In this document: one piece after another, positions 62,747 through 64,000 of the stretch
Layout of the letters: each line of letters begins with the position of its first letter
Position numbering within the stretch: position 1 is the first letter of the stretch
Source of the DNA: Trueperaceae bacterium
GTDB taxonomy: Bacteria > Deinococcota > Deinococci > Deinococcales > Trueperaceae
Direction: 5' to 3'
Length of the DNA: 64,000 nucleotides
Assembly (NCBI GenBank): GCA_965215565.1
Contig: CBDCDZ010000004.1
Location: 2,528,001 to 2,592,000 of the forward strand
Notes under the pieces: generated by a model
Databases searched by the model: none
Told to the model about the DNA's origin: nothing
The model's input: the letters and a program-made list of their open reading frames with translations, nothing else
Made by a program: the position numbers and the translations under genes

Positions 62747-63796
62747 ATGAAGAAATTTTTACTAACAATGCTAATCGTGGCGTTCGTGGGCAGTGTTCAC
62801 GCCCAAAGCACGGACTTCCCCGATGTGCCAGCAGGTTCTTACGCTGAGGACGCCGTAGCGCGCCTTTCGGATCTAGGCATCATTCTGGGTTTTCCGGACG
62901 GCACCTTTGGCGGCAACGAGAGCTTCACGCGCTACCAAGCCGCGCTCGTTATCAGCCGCGTGCTCGACTACATCGACGAGAACTACGCCCAAGCCGGTGC
63001 GGGTAGCGAAGAGGACATCGCCTCGCTACGCAACGCCGTACAGGAAGTCTCCTCTGACCTCGACTCGCTCAGCAGCCGCGTCTCCTCGTTAGAGGATACG
63101 GTATCGCAAGGTGGCGACAGCGAAGCGCTGCAGCAGCAAGTGGATCAGCTCAGCGCCGAGTTAGAGTCGCTCCGCGCCCAAATCGACTCGGGCGCGCTGC
63201 AAGGTCCCGAAGGTCCGCAGGGTCCCGAAGGTCCGCAGGGTCCGCCAGGCGAACAAGGTCCGCCAGGTGAGCCGGGCGTCGCAGACGTTACGCCTCAGCC
63301 CGAAATTACCCCAGTTCAGCCCGAACAGGTTGAAGTCGCCCGCGCTGACGATGGCGGCGGTCTCTACTTCGGTGTGGCTGCGCTCAATGAGTTGAACCTA
63401 GAGGACTTCGGCATTCGCGGCGTTCTCGGTGTTGACAAGATTGTCGGCGGTTTCGGCCTCCGCGCCACAGCGGATTATAACCGTCAGTCAGGCGACCTCT
63501 TCGACGGTGGTACGAGCACGTTCATCGGTCACCTTACCTACACGCTCGGCGGCCCAAGGATCAGAGCCTACGTGGGTGCAGGCGCAGGGTACCAGTTTGC
63601 CGATCTCGTCTTCGAAACGGATTCGGATCAGGACGTACTTTTCATCAGCGGACTCTTAGGCGCTGAATACGGTCTCTTCGGTAGCGTTGGCATCTTCGTT
63701 GAAGGTATGGTTGACTATTACCTCGACGATACCGGTTTCGATGGCTACGACGACATCTACCCGACGGTTGCGGCTGGTCTTAACTACCGCTTCTAA
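62747..63796 (+). CDS. SLH-domain envelope protein with coiled coil, collagen-like repeat and C-terminal beta-barrel
   Basis: Signal peptide; FPDVP...GFPDGTF...TRYQAA SLH domain; Gly-X-Y run; alternating strands ending in YRF. Confidence 0.85.
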   Translation: MKKFLLTMLIVAFVGSVHAQSTDFPDVPAGSYAEDAVARLSDLGIILGFPDGTFGGNESFTRYQAALVISRVLDYIDENYAQAGAGSEEDIASLRNAVQEVSSDLDSLSSRVSSLEDTVSQGGDSEALQQQVDQLSAELESLRAQIDSGALQGPEGPQGPEGPQGPPGEQGPPGEPGVADVTPQPEITPVQPEQVEVARADDGGGLYFGVAALNELNLEDFGIRGVLGVDKIVGGFGLRATADYNRQSGDLFDGGTSTFIGHLTYTLGGPRIRAYVGAGAGYQFADLVFETDSDQDVLFISGLLGAEYGLFGSVGIFVEGMVDYYLDDTGFDGYDDIYPTVAAGLNYRF

Positions 63797-63810
63797 GTCA
63801 AATTTAAACG

Positions 63811-63843
63811 AAAAGACCCCCTCCGAAACGAGGGGGTTTTTTT
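63811..63843 (+). terminator. Rho-independent terminator
   Basis: ACCCCCTC...GAGGGGGT followed by a T-run. Confidence 0.85.
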
Positions 63844-64000
63844 GGTGGTAGCTCTTTCTCTAAAACACTCACCGAATATGAATAAGGGACTAAACAAGGG
63901 GTTGAAACCCCTTGTTTAGCCCGAGTCCCAGTTCAGAGAGTTGCCAAACTTCAACAGTTAAAGCTTCTTCAACTCCGTCAAGATGTCACCCGCGTGGAGC

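Noticed and set aside
63958..64000. Possible 3' end of a minus-strand gene (...LHAGDILTELKKL*)
   Set aside because: Too short at the window edge to assign.

Overview
64 kb of chromosome from a Deinococcota bacterium, probably Truepera-like. Evidence: a stand-alone 23S-5S-tRNA-Gly operon with its own promoter, an SLH/beta-barrel envelope protein, leaderless -10/start-codon architecture and a Deinococcus-type TACGGATTCCG repeat. Contents: scattered polysaccharide genes (flippase, ugd, Wzz-like, wbaP-like, GT4), an IS110 and an IS5-family element, a Hen1-Pnkp RNA-repair operon, a sirtuin, TolC-TolC-adaptor genes, HicBA, dnaJ, a PAS-GGDEF protein, a GH13 glucosidase, NodIJ-like ABC genes, dhaKL, ggt, sufCBD plus a Rieske ferredoxin, and several decayed genes. 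Highlight: the IS110 (about 2238-3363) has a non-coding left end in which bridge-RNA-like guides can be read directly from the sequence. Two guides match its chromosomal target (GCAGGTA-TC-ATCTGG) and two match its own circle junction. The target is the conserved end of a palindromic MITE/REP-like family with about 10 copies in this window. Also seen: strong CTCGAG over-representation, a heptamer hairpin repeat family and two candidate unannotated ncRNAs at about 35.2-35.5 kb. All calls were made by eye; no searches were run.
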